A stretch of DNA of 64,000 bases from Histomonas meleagridis 2922-C6/04-290x (Eukaryota; Protista; Parabasalia). The notes beneath the pieces were generated by a model. The model saw only the letters and a list, made by a program, of their open reading frames with translations, was not told where the DNA came from and ran no database searches. Position numbers and translations under genes: made by a program. The stretch is from contig JAANOX010000102.1 of the NCBI GenBank assembly GCA_020184695.1, positions 1 to 64,000 on the forward strand. The letters are read 5' to 3'. Below, in pieces: positions 21,201-33,100 of the stretch (positions are counted from its first letter, which is position 1; the number at the start of each line of letters is the position of its first letter).

Positions 21201-22229
21201 ATGAACACGACTTCCAAATGTAACTGTCGTTAGATTAACGCAATAGAAAAATGTTTGGGTTCTAACATGTGTAACTAATTCTGGAATAGTAATACTTGTC
21301 AAATTTAAACATGTGTCAAATGCATGTTCTCCAATTACTTCAATATTAGTTCCAAGTGAAATACTTTCCAATAATGTACAGTTATAAAATGCATAATCAA
21401 GAATTAATCTTCCTTCTTGTTGAACAACAACATTAGTAAATGAGCAATTATAAAATGAGCGACTTCCAATTATTGAAACATTTGTTCCAAGTGTTATGTA
21501 TTTCATATTGTAACAATTTTCAAATGCACTGTGACCAACAATTGTTAATCCATCACCAATTGTGAGATTGACCAAGCCAATGCATTCCTTAAATGCATTA
21601 TTTCCAATTGTAATGACTGAATCGGGAATTATCAAGTTAATGATTGAAACACATTGTTCAAAGGCTGAATTTCCAATTTTAGTAACATTTTTACCGATTG
21701 TAACAACTAATTCATCACACTCAGCAAATGCTTTGTCACCTATTGATATAGTTGAGTCTGGAATTATAACATTCCTTAAAACAGAACAGTTATAAAATGA
21801 ATTGTGTCCAATCTTTTCAACGCCTTGAGCAATAGAAATAGTTGATAAGTTGGCGCATTGTTGAAATGCACAGTTTCCTATCGAAATAACAGAATTTGGG
21901 ATTGAAAGAGAAAGTATAGAAGTTCCCTCAAATGCATTGCTTCCTATCTTTTGAACATTTGCACCAATTGTAACAGTTGTTAAAGTTTTGATTGAGCTAA
22001 AAGCTGAAGAACCAATGGTTGTTACAGGTGTTCCAATTTCAACAGAAGTTAAAGAAGTAAAACTAGTAAAAGCACCAGCATCGATTGTAGTGATTCCACT
22101 AATTAATACTATCTCAGCTTCAGTATGGTTTTTCCTACTTTCGAACTCTTCTTTATTAGTGATTGTTAATGTTTTTGTTTCAGCATCATATGATTGCAGT
22201 GTTAATGGTAAAAACAAGAGCAAAAACAT
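18228..22229 (-). CDS. BspA-like LRR_5 surface protein (signal peptide, TM helix, short tail)
   Basis: Many IGxxAFxxCxxLxxIxIP repeats, three NDG(I/V)LY inserts, and C-terminal TM IALSVCIPVIVIIIIVVVVIVVI-KKK. Confidence 0.95.
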   Translation of the reverse strand: MFLLLFLPLTLQSYDAETKTLTITNKEEFESRKNHTEAEIVLISGITTIDAGAFTSFTSLTSVEIGTPVTTIGSSAFSSIKTLTTVTIGANVQKIGSNAFEGTSILSLSIPNSVISIGNCAFQQCANLSTISIAQGVEKIGHNSFYNCSVLRNVIIPDSTISIGDKAFAECDELVVTIGKNVTKIGNSAFEQCVSIINLIIPDSVITIGNNAFKECIGLVNLTIGDGLTIVGHSAFENCYNMKYITLGTNVSIIGSRSFYNCSFTNVVVQQEGRLILDYAFYNCTLLESISLGTNIEVIGEHAFDTCLNLTSITIPELVTHVRTQTFFYCVNLTTVTFGSRVHTIYEKAFQYCYSLTSVTLPASLIEIKEYAFNTCYSLRYASLGSLKYLGSHAFQNCYLLHSIGIPYVVNIPSYAFESCLSLYSISTGIAYYINSCAFRYCIQLHTVSLVGNMTTIGSNAFAYCYNLESATFGSDVNSIGESAFLDCYKLATVEFSYGLKTIGDYAFSHCYALQAIWIPSSTTLIGSESFYSCYSMQSLTIVSNSDSYSNQEFRIEDSAFYNCTSLVSTIIPGQFYLIGSQAFYQCTSLVSVIIENYCGIHSSTINGQTISDEAFSHCSSLPEITIPSTVESIGDYVFRYCTSLQSIKVEDENIGGYYNYENDGILYRQHTANQLICFPAAKQKDAYEVPPYITSISASAFCNCSLLKSVAIKSEQSVLLGNALFESAVSLTNILLNVQIGSIPPYAFFGCTSLRNIVIPEETTSIGESAFYNCTSFVNIIVPDKIQTIYQHAFEFCSHLENIIIGEEVNSIGDFAFRYCVSLVSIILPDSVSVGDRVFQSCRSLKFIKVSEGNAQHSNSQDDGVLYDKQIAQIQYYPAGCGNETYSFPESVTSIKSYAFYECYSLTSISTQSSVSTISESAFYNCSNLRTLIISNTTSKIGASAFSTCTNLTQVTFIETSTLDEIQHHAFYYCISLSSFIIPDAVTNIGSYAFGYCTSITSISIPQATNSLSPPVFPFCTSLQSINVHVNNSKFSNYNNDGIVYDKNLEIVRCHPPAKGNSALPVNITTISDYAYYSCYGITSISLSDKVTEIGVCAFSYCDNLTTITTNCATSIGDSAFSHCISLTAFEFPENLTTIPQSAFAQCTSLTEITLSPLIDEIGDFAFTACTSLSSVTLNVDIRNIKSHAFSDCISLQCVYYPGIEIPQRGKTHNDNDIYTQEVVDVENNAFYNSSVTYIMTPNTFYPTKFGNKDEAQVLNVEKGGWDTYANCPVPVSSSSNATTIALSVCIPVIVIIIIVVVVIVVIKKKSGGGGGGKSPSSSSSSRDEPKD

Positions 22230-23768
22230 CTTATGCTGATAGTTTCACCAAAAAAAAAATGACAAAGGGAGTTGTTCACAAATAACTCACAAACGCCAAA
22301 TCCTTTTCAAAAAGCAATGTAAACTTCTAAAAATTGGGTGTGGACTATTTTTCTTGGGCATTCCATACGATCAACTAGTCAATTTTGAAGGTGTGTTGAA
22401 AGTTGAAATTAACCACCTTTGAATTCTAAAATTTGAGAACCTTCGTTCTAAAAAAAATACCAAATCATTTGTTTGACATATTTACACAAAGCCCTGGCCG
22501 CTTTGAAATAAAAAAAACGGTATCTGAACGATGTCGTTGTTTAGAACCTATTGTTCCAAATGCTTGGTGATCATTTATTATTCATTGAATTTTAGGTTTC
22601 ATCGTAGTTTTAATGCTTTTTTTGAATGAATAGTATACGAATGCAAATTTCCATTTCGAAAATTTTTGATTCTATAAATACATAATATGAAGAAAATAAG
22701 GATCCGTGATGTAATGTTGTAAGTGAAATATAATATAGTTGGCTTTGACTGCAAAAAAACAAGTAATTTTTTTGAGGTCAACAAACAAAAACAATTTTTT
22801 CTGAAAAAGTTCAAATTTGAAAGCAATAAATTCTGCAGGGGTGGTTTCAAAACGTGTCAAGAATAGGACTTTTCAATAGTATTACGATAGGAAAGAGGAG
22901 CCAGTTACATATTCTTTTTTTGTTCTTTCTGTTTTGAGTTTTTTTTTTATTAGTGGTTCATCATATTTGCTTAGATGTGAATTTTTAAATTTTACAACTA
23001 TTTGTTCGCCTTTATTTTTTACTTCCAATCTTATTTGATTGTTCTTCGTTGATTTGCCTCATTGTTATTTTTTTTCTTAGTTTTTTTAATATATTTATAA
23101 GATTAATGTTATCCTCCAAAAGAAAGTGCAATTTTTTTTCTGTCAGAATACTTTAAATTCGCAATTTGATAAATTTATCTTAGTTTAATATCCATTCCTC
23201 TTACTTTGTTTTGTCCTTTTTTATGTTTTGTTTACTTCCAACACATAACACTAAAATATAATGCACATCCAATAAATATTTAATATAGATCGCTTTCATT
23301 AAATCCTAATTGAGTACCAGTAAACTAACAAGTAATTAAAGAACATAATCAAAAATATGAAAAATATATCAGAAAATCTACGAAAGTCAAATTAAAAGGC
23401 AAGTTCTTCTCAGTTGAAAAATAACATAACTCATTTTCAGAATGCTTTCTTCATAAAAAGTGTTCGTATTGGAAGGTAATATAGTGCAATTTTTAGCATA
23501 TTTAACAATTTGTAGAGAATCTAACAGAGTTTTTGGACAAAAATGTTTTTGTTTTTTGATAGCTGGTTCAACAATTTACTTGAAATTTTGAATTAAAATA
23601 ATCTGATCAAATTTGCAAATTTTGACCAATTTTGGTAAAATCCATTTTGCAAAAAATCCAACACACATGTTTAAGAGTCGAAGAAAAAGAGTATACTCTT
23701 TACTCTATTTTATTTAAGTTCGCTGATTTATATAAATATAGTTGCTATGTATGGCAATACAAGCAACT

Positions 23769-24482
23769 TTAAAAGTAATATTGGTGATAATTCATATTTT
23801 CTTGTTGGAAAAAGGGATCGCTTACTCCTAGGCTTGGGGTAAGTTGTGACAATTCATCAATTTGATATGCTCCATCAACATTAAATTGGTTAAATGTGGT
23901 GGGAAACTGTGATTTTTCACAAGCTAGGTTTTCTTTGGATGTTTTGTGACATGTGTGTCTTCGATGGGAATGAGTATGATGATGGCGGATCTTTAAAGTT
24001 AAACTTCTGGGAAGTTGGCGTGCTACTGTATTTTGTATTGGAAGGGAATTTCTGTATTGCTCTTTAGGGAACGAGTTACATAGTTCCGGCTGTATTTGTT
24101 TAATTTCACAATCAACTAAAATTGATGCTACATGAGATGTTTTATGCATGAGAGGAATTTGAATTTGCGATTTACCGGAAGGTATTGAAGACAAATTTAT
24201 TTTTGACTTTGCAAAAACAATGTTTTTATTATCAATTTGAGATTTAATATAAAAAGATAAAAACAAAAAAACATCATCCAAGTTATCACATTTTAATCTA
24301 AAAGAGAATTCGTGGCTAATGATTGGTTCTGTAACTTTTATAGGAGAAGTGTTTGTATATTGTTTTGATCGATTACATGCAACAGAAGCAAAGAATGTGT
24401 CTTGTTTCAAGTTCGAAATGCCTTTTATCAATCCTTCTGAAATTCTTGCTGATATAAGGTTTAATTTAATTTCAGATTCCAT
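23769..24482 (-). CDS. C2-like domain protein
   Basis: N-terminal beta-strand pattern IKLNLISARI...FFASVA...YTNTSP...FSFRL...LFLSFY...VFAKSKINLSSIP. Confidence 0.55.
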   Translation of the reverse strand: MESEIKLNLISARISEGLIKGISNLKQDTFFASVACNRSKQYTNTSPIKVTEPIISHEFSFRLKCDNLDDVFLFLSFYIKSQIDNKNIVFAKSKINLSSIPSGKSQIQIPLMHKTSHVASILVDCEIKQIQPELCNSFPKEQYRNSLPIQNTVARQLPRSLTLKIRHHHTHSHRRHTCHKTSKENLACEKSQFPTTFNQFNVDGAYQIDELSQLTPSLGVSDPFFQQENMNYHQYYF

Positions 24483-24591
24483 AAAATGGAAATGAAATTT
24501 ATCCGCCCGATGAGTTTTTATTACATTGAAAATCGTTTTTTTTCAGAAGCAATAAAAATTCAATTATGTCGAAGACCAAGTTTTTCAGTGC

Positions 24592-25572
24592 TTATTTGTC
24601 CGCAGTTTTATTTAACGGTAAATCGCTTTCGATTATCGGCACGCGCGTAATGTTCTCAATTTTATCGTACTGGTTTTCTGCAAGTGACAACATTCCTTCA
24701 ACAGGATTCGGAGTTTCGTCTTTGATTATAAGTCCTGGGTTGTTAAATAATTGGGATGGATGAGCTGAATCATCAAGATCACTTGAATATGAATCTTGAT
24801 GTTCGATTTTCATAGAATGAATACCGGATTGTTCATTTGATGATTGGGCAATTGAGTCTTCTTCTTCGTTATCACTTATGTAATCATTTTTTATTTGGTT
24901 TTCTGTATGAAGAGGGTTGTTGTTTATTTCACTGCTTTGTTCGATTCTATCGTCCATTGAAATTGGCGGTTTTTCTGATGTGGTGTTTTGGGAAGAATAT
25001 TTTTGGGAAGAGTTCCATTCTTGGTTGTCGAAATTACTAGATTTATCCTCGTCTGTGCTGAATAGAGATTCGGTGTATTTGAAATTTTGACTGACTTCAC
25101 TGAAGATTTTGATGAGTGGATCCTCATCAGTTTGAGTTTCATTTAAAATGACAGAATTTTCGTTTTGGCTTTTTTGTGATTGTTGAGGTGTTTCTTTTTG
25201 GATTGTTAGCTTTGTTTGTATATCTTCAAATGCAATTGGTCCTTGAGATCGTTTTGGCCTTTTAATATATGTTTCGTCAATGACATTTTTTTTGGATGTG
25301 ATTTTTGCATTTTTTACATCTGAATCTGGATCGATTGAAAAATCAGGATCGTTAAAAATAGAATCAAATTCTCCATTTCTAAGTGTTCGAAAAGCTTTTG
25401 TAAAAGATTCAGTTTGCTTTGTACAATGAGAACATAACTTTTGTATGCGGACTATCGAAGAATCTTCTGGTGTGAAAATTTGGTTATACTCCTGACTTAC
25501 TTGATTTTGCTGAAAAGTTTTGGTGATGTTTCTCAACATTGCTCTAATTTCGACAAGTTGTCGTTCTATCAT
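24592..25572 (-). CDS. Hypothetical low-complexity, probably disordered protein
   Basis: 326-aa ORF rich in S/Q/E/N; no recognised motif. Confidence 0.6.
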   Translation of the reverse strand: MIERQLVEIRAMLRNITKTFQQNQVSQEYNQIFTPEDSSIVRIQKLCSHCTKQTESFTKAFRTLRNGEFDSIFNDPDFSIDPDSDVKNAKITSKKNVIDETYIKRPKRSQGPIAFEDIQTKLTIQKETPQQSQKSQNENSVILNETQTDEDPLIKIFSEVSQNFKYTESLFSTDEDKSSNFDNQEWNSSQKYSSQNTTSEKPPISMDDRIEQSSEINNNPLHTENQIKNDYISDNEEEDSIAQSSNEQSGIHSMKIEHQDSYSSDLDDSAHPSQLFNNPGLIIKDETPNPVEGMLSLAENQYDKIENITRVPIIESDLPLNKTADK

Positions 25573-27122
25573 TTTCTTGTTTTTGGCTTAAACGTCTTCC
25601 AATAGCCTCAATGAAAAAACATTAAAATAATATTACAATTTAGATCTATCACTAAAACAAAAATTATAAGTATTTTCAAAAAAATTGAAGGCTATGTTGC
25701 CAATGAAACAATAAATTGATTAGAAATGCTATTACGTAGTCAAATTGTAATGAAGAAAATAGCATCAATTGAGTGTTTATTTTATTTTTTTCCAAAAATT
25801 TGAGAATGTGAATTCAAGATATTATTATTTTTTTTTTCACTGAGATTTTGTTTCTTTAAAATAATAACAATAAATATTAATTTCAATTTTTTTAAATTAA
25901 AATATTTTTATAAAAGATCTTTTTTAATTTTTTGTTTAGTATAGTATAGCCTTAAATGAAATCACAGTTAAACAACAGGATAGTTATTGCATTTTATAAT
26001 TATTTTTTGATTCATGATCATATATCATACATGAAAAATTTAAACATTACTCATGCTGTTTCCAAGAAAGAGATTTAAAAATGTAAAAACATATTTGAAA
26101 CTCTAATTCAAACCTGGAATAATTCGTGAAATGGAGAAAATTATAATTTCGTAGGAAATCTAGTTTTATCTTTTATGTATCTATTTTATATAGAATTTTC
26201 CTCATTTTATCTTCAAATGTTCATTTATTAATAAATAATATGTCTTAATTTTTGATTATGCAGTATTTTTTATCGCAGTTAATATAAAATATGTACACAT
26301 AAAATAAACGTAAGCATTACAGGTAAATATGCTGTTACAGGTGAATATGAGAAAATCATTCATTTCTGTGTTGCTATAATTTGTGGAAACATTGAAGTTG
26401 TTCAATGAAACAATGAAACATATGTTCCTTAAGGAACAGCAATTTTTACATAAGTGTGTGTTCCATTCTTTTGACAAAATTCTACAAGGATTATGGATGT
26501 TCTCGCTGATATCAAAATTTTTTTTATCAAATTGATCAAGAATGCTTTAGCACGCAATTTAGATAAACCAGATATCATTGTGGTTAACTTTGTTAAGGCC
26601 ATGTTCGGTGTGACTCTGAAAGAATATCCTACAATCAATCAAGATCATGGTCGTGTTGAGTGCTATTAGTCTCTTCCAACAAATGATAAAATAATTCTTG
26701 CTGGGAAGAATCTAGAATCAGAACAAAAGTAACAAATTATGAATTTTTTATTTAATTAATAAAATCGAATCTAGATTTTGAATCATTCAGATTATGGTAT
26801 TTTGTGCAAACTTTTCTTATTGCATTAATATTTGTAAATATTTTATATGATTATCGAATTTTTAAAATATCGAATTTTCAACGATTAATTAATTTTATCA
26901 TTCAAATCAATTTTACTTCGAAAAAACTAATTAAATACATTTTTTGTACTTTTTATATGATAATTAATATATAATTTATTCTAAAAATATTGCGGAATTT
27001 TCGTTCCAATTTCTTTTTTGTGGGTGGTCAACTTTTGAAAACATAATCCTTTGAATTTATAAACAGTTCAACTTCTTTCAAAAGAAATGATAAACTGCAA
27101 GGTCAAAAAGTGCTAAATTCTG

Positions 27123-30100
27123 ATGGACTTGCTTCATCAGATCATAAAGACAAATCTCAAAGAATGGAAGAAACAAAGAAGCGAAATGATTGGGCAAATA
27201 ACATCTGAGATTCTAGGTTTTACAGAACAACAAATTTCTTCCTTTTATACAATTCTCGAATCTGATATCAAAGCAAAAATAGATAGTGATAAGCTAGAAG
27301 ATTCTTTGTTCTGTCTTAACAGGATATCAATTCTTTTTTACTTTCAAAGAAACTCAGATGTCATTACAATGTATATTCCAAAATTAATAGAAAAGATACA
27401 AGAAAACAAAAACGTTTTAACAAATGCAATCATGAAGGTTTTTGAGTGGATGTCAGAAGATTCATCCTCTTTTTATTTTATATATAAAGAACTATTTAAA
27501 ATTGCAAAAGATTGGTTAAAACAAGATGTTAAATCCCAACACGGCTCCCTTTTGATTTTGAAACATATGAGGAAGATTGTTCCGAAGGAAGCCACTAACG
27601 TGATATCATCATTTTTAAAACAAATTCTTCAATTTTCTATTTCAGGTGACCAAAAATCCAAAAAGGTTGCGCTTAAGTTGCTGCAATTTTTCATAAATTC
27701 ACCTAAACAAAAGCAAGTTCAACAAAAATTGTCTTTCTTAAAATCCACATGCATGGAACATTTTCATTCCAAAAACCCAAATGAAATTTATTGTGGTTTT
27801 TTCTTAACCAAAGAGCTATTTGAGTGTAAAGGGTTTGAATTTACACCAACATTTGATGAAATTTGTGATGTAATCCAAGATAAGAATGAAGAAATCATTT
27901 CGATTGGCTTTGAAATTATTTTCATCATAGCTAATAATCCAGCCATTAAAATGAATTCTGATAAAGCTATTAAAATTCTTTTTGAACATGGAGATAAATC
28001 TCAAAATTTATTGAAATTGTTGCCAAAAACGATAGAAAGTTTTGGCGAACGTTTAAACACAAATTTTTTAATTGAACAAATATCAAAATATTCACAAAAT
28101 AATTATTGTGAATCGACAGAAATATGTCCATTTGAACTTTTATCACAAGTTTTATCACGATATAAAATCAATATAAAACCTGAAGATTTTCATTATCATT
28201 TTCCATGTTCACATTATATTAATTGTATTAAATATCAAAAAGTTTTTTTAACAGAAGCGATTAAAACATTTTATAAAACGATGAAATATGAAGATACGAA
28301 CTATACAATAAATTTATTAAAATTATATCAAATTTCACCAGAAATATTTACTGAAAAAAGTGATAAATTTTTAGATTCATTAAGTTATTTATTTTTTTCA
28401 TCAACAAATGAAATATTACGGAAAGAAATTTTAAATGTTTTTTCATTTATAAATTCACAAAAATCCACAGATTTATTATTTAGCATATCATTAACAGATC
28501 AAAACAAAAGTATTCGATTATATGCATTAAATTTATTAAAACCAACTCCATATTTATCTACGCATAAATCAGTAACATATTATTTAAATGATCCATCATT
28601 TAAAATACGACGGAATGGAATGAAATTATTATCAAAACTAATTGATTATAATCCATTTGAAATCCGACCATTAATTATCGAACATTTACAAGTTTTATTT
28701 GAGTTAATAACAATGTCAAAAGATGCAAAATATTCATCTAAATATGCATCATTATTAGCGAAAATAACTAAATATACACCTGAATGTATAGGGCAATGTA
28801 GTATTTCATTAATATCAACTGTTCTTAGAATTATTAATATTACATTACCAGATAATCAACGGAAAACAATATTAAATAATGATGATCATGAAATACATAG
28901 AAGTCGAAATCCTTCTTCACATTCATTAGTTTCAATGAATAATGAAACTGTTTCTTCATCAAATCAATATGGGCTATTTGAAACATTACCAAATTCTTTG
29001 GTAACATTAGAAGTTGACATGATAAACAAAGCAAATAATTATGAAAATGATAAACAACAAAAAGAAGATTTACTTGAACAATCAAAGTCAAAATATTCAA
29101 TTGACTTAGTAAAAGTACCTTCATTATTATTAAATCAAAAACAATCTTCAAAAGAACCTAATAAAGCACGACTTTATTTAATATTTAATTCGAGATATAT
29201 CGATAAAAGAGATGGTTATCTATTAAAAGCGTTAGCTAATATTGGATCAAGTTGTCAACCATTTTTAACAGAGATATTATTAGGTTTTACAAATATTTTT
29301 GAAACAAGGAAAAATGAAGAATTATTATTAACAGCAGTAAATAGTTTAACGAAATTATCAATATCTGCTTATAATGGTTTTAATATTAGTTTAAGATGTC
29401 CACAAATTACTACTCCTTTAATAAATATATGTTCTACAACACGTAATGAAAAATTATTAATATCAATCATCCAATTATTTGGTAGTGCTTTTGATACAAA
29501 TGATATTTTATCCAATCAAAGTTTATTTTCAAATGAACATAGTTTATTAGTATCAACAGATTCATCATATTTCACACGAGTTGTTTTACATCTTTTATTA
29601 AAACATAATACAATTACTTCATTATCATTATTAAAAACAATATCAATGATTGTTGAAAATGATCCATATAATTCAAGTCAATATTTAAATAGAATAATTC
29701 CAATATTTATCGAATTAATTGAAAAATCTTCTTCAACTTATCGAGATGATGCATTTCATTACTTTGAAAATCTTGCAATTAATTCACAAAATGATTTTGT
29801 TCCATTTTTACCAAAAATCCAACCATTATTAATTAAATTTTTTGATTCGATTAGTTGCGTAGAGTTTTGTATCTGTTTAAGTTATTATTTTAAAGGTTCT
29901 TTTATTGTTAATTCAATTGATTTATATCCATTAGCTTTAAATAGTTTAAAATCACAAAATTATTTATATTTTAAAACTATATTAAAGTTTATAGTTTCTT
30001 TAATAATTAATCAACATGAACCATTTGATATCTTTATGAGATATTTAGAATCAAATAACTTTTCAAAGAAAAATATGAAATATGTAATAAAAGCATTAAC

Positions 30101-33100
30101 AGTAATTATACAATGTTTTGATATCCAAATGCATTCAAATCGATTAGTAATATTTGGTTTAAAAGTATATAATCAATTTAAATTAGATTTAAATACATAT
30201 TTCGCTTCATTAGTTGTATGTGCAGATACTTCATTTTTTAATTTTGAACAATTTTTAAAAGTTCATAATATAAAATATGAACATTTAAATGAATTAAAAG
30301 AATTAAAATCAAATAATAAAATAGTCACAATTCAAGATGCTAAATTCATTAAAGATTTAACACCACATTTATGTATCCAAAGAATTTCACCTGAATATGA
30401 ACCACCAACATCATTTTTTAATGATATACAATATCCACAAAAGACACATATTGACTTATGGTTAAATAATTTGTTTGATTTAGTTGTAAAAAATTCGCCA
30501 TTTTCATCAATTAGACTTTGTTCTGAATATATATCAGCACGACCAAAAATTCGACATTCATTATTTCCTATAGCATTTTTATCATGTTGGAAAAATGCTT
30601 CACAATCAGATAGAGATCATTTCTCATCAATTGTTAATCATATATTATTTGAACATGAGAAAGTTAATAAGTTTTTTATAGATTTAATACAATTAACAGA
30701 TCGTGCATTATTACCATTAAATGTTGATTATATACGTGTAGCAGAATTGAGTGAATCATTACAATTTTCATTATATATATTACAAAGAATGTATATTCAA
30801 GATCCTAAAAATCGTAAAGTTATGGAGTTGTTAATGAACATTAGTATTAAAATGGATCGAATTCCAATAGTTCGAAGTTTATTTAATAAAGCAGAATCAG
30901 AAATGAATAAATTAGAAATCGCTAAATGGAGTGGTGCTATTGGTGATTGGGAAAAAGCACTTGAAATTTATCAAGAAGAAAATGTGAATAACAAATATTT
31001 AACAGAAATAATAAATTGTTTAGGTATGTTAAATAGATATGAAGATATCGATGACTTAAAATATGAATATGTTAAATTACCTCAAGAAAAAAGAAGTAAA
31101 ATTGATGATCATTTTTTATGGACATTTTCTTATATGAGAGAAAATGCTAAAGTCCAAAAAATTTTAAATAATTTAAATTATTATACAAATGAACGATTTT
31201 ATTTTTCGATATATTATTCAATATTAATAGGCGAATATGAAAAAGCACAAAATTTAATTAATATGGCATTCCAATTTGTATCTAAGAATATAACAGATTT
31301 TAAAACTTGTGATCAAAGAGCAATTGAAGAATTACAAAACGTTTCACAAATTCTTGTTGAATGTCAAGAAGTATTAAATTATAAATTAGGGAAAACTCCA
31401 TCAGATCAAATGTCATCATTTTTAAAACGACGCGTTAAATATTTCCAACGGAATAAAATGAATTGGGAAAAAATCATACGAATTCGTCAATTAGTTATTC
31501 CACCGTCAAAGAATATATCATTTTATTTACCAATTATTTCACAATTACGAAAATCGAAATATTTTTCATTAATTGATTTATATTTCCAAAAGTATATGAG
31601 TTATGGAGAAAACTCATTAATAATAATTGAACAAGTTAAACTAATGTGGGAAAAAGGTAATAAATCAACAACATTAGATGCGATATATAATATCATTAAT
31701 TCATTTAATATTGAAACACCTGAACAATTTGTAGAATTAAATGAAAAATATCATCAGCCATTTATATTCTTCTTGATTAATAAGTTAATTAAGACGCCAA
31801 GTTTTACTGAAGAACTTCAAGATTATTGTTTATCTTATTATAATGTTGAATCAATATCAAATTTTATTTCCATTTTAGAAAGTTTATCACCGACTCAACA
31901 ACATTCATTTTTCTTAGTTATCATTCGACAATTTCCTAAACAAGTATTTTCATGTTTAAAATATCATATAAACTCTGGTTTTTATGATACTAATTTCTTC
32001 TCACAATTATATGCACTTTATGCTAAATATATATTAATGGAAAAGATTAATGATTTTAATGCATCCAAAATAGCTGCGTATTATTTTAAAGAATCATTAA
32101 ACTTAAACTCTAATAATAAAAAGGCTTGGAGAAGTTGGTCATATGCAAGTTCATTATTATTTTCATATTCGAGAAAACAATTAAATGATCCAGACTCAAA
32201 TACTTATGCTTCAGATGCTTTAAATGGGTTTTTACGTTTGATGAACATTCAGCCTGAAAATGATTTAGAACATTTTTGTCAAATTCTTTCAGTAGCATTT
32301 AATACTAATGAAAAAGTCCTTAAAAAATATAAAGAAAAAATCGTGACGTTACCAAAGGAATCAATTAAAAAGGTACTTCCTCAATTAACTATGAAAGTAT
32401 CACATGAAAACTTGTACATTAGAAATATGATCGTACAAATGCTAACTGAAACAGGTAAAGAATATTTCCAACAAGTTTACTTCGCTCTTCATCCTTATTT
32501 ATGTGATGATGGTGAAAAATCGACTATGGCACGTGAAATTGCCATAACAATTAGAAAAGAACATCCACAAGTCGCTGAAGATGCGGATATTTTCATCGAT
32601 GGAATGGTTAGTTGCGCTATAACGTGGTTCGAACAATGGATGCATTCACTCGAAATTGCAGCTTCTGAAAATAGGATCGGCAACATTCAAAATGTTGACT
32701 ACATTCTCAATGAAAGATTCAATGATTTTGAAAACCCAAGGTGCGAACTCGATCAACTTTTTGTGAGGCTTTATCAGGATATTATTGATGAAGCTTCTTC
32801 TTTGTTTGAACAAGATGACCCAAAATCAACACAACTAATGTGGGATAAATTAAAGACTCTTTATGCTTCATTGAAAGAAAGAATGAATATGTTATCGGTG
32901 ATATTCGTAGACAAGATTTCACCAAAATTGGTCAAAAAGAAAAACTTTAACTTGTCAGTCCCCGGTTATAATGGAATGCTTAGTTCTGTTAAACCAATTA
33001 TGGATGTACTTGAAACTCAACAACATCCAAGATGTGTATATTTCGAATCTAATGATGGCGTACAACATAAATTCTTATTGAAAGGTAATGAAGATTTAAG

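Noticed and set aside
22480-22920. Possible degraded gene or transposase remnant
   Set aside because: Several short frames, with no motif or terminal repeat I could identify.
26256-26700. Short ORFs upstream of TOR
   Set aside because: No coherent frame or motif; probably decayed or non-coding.
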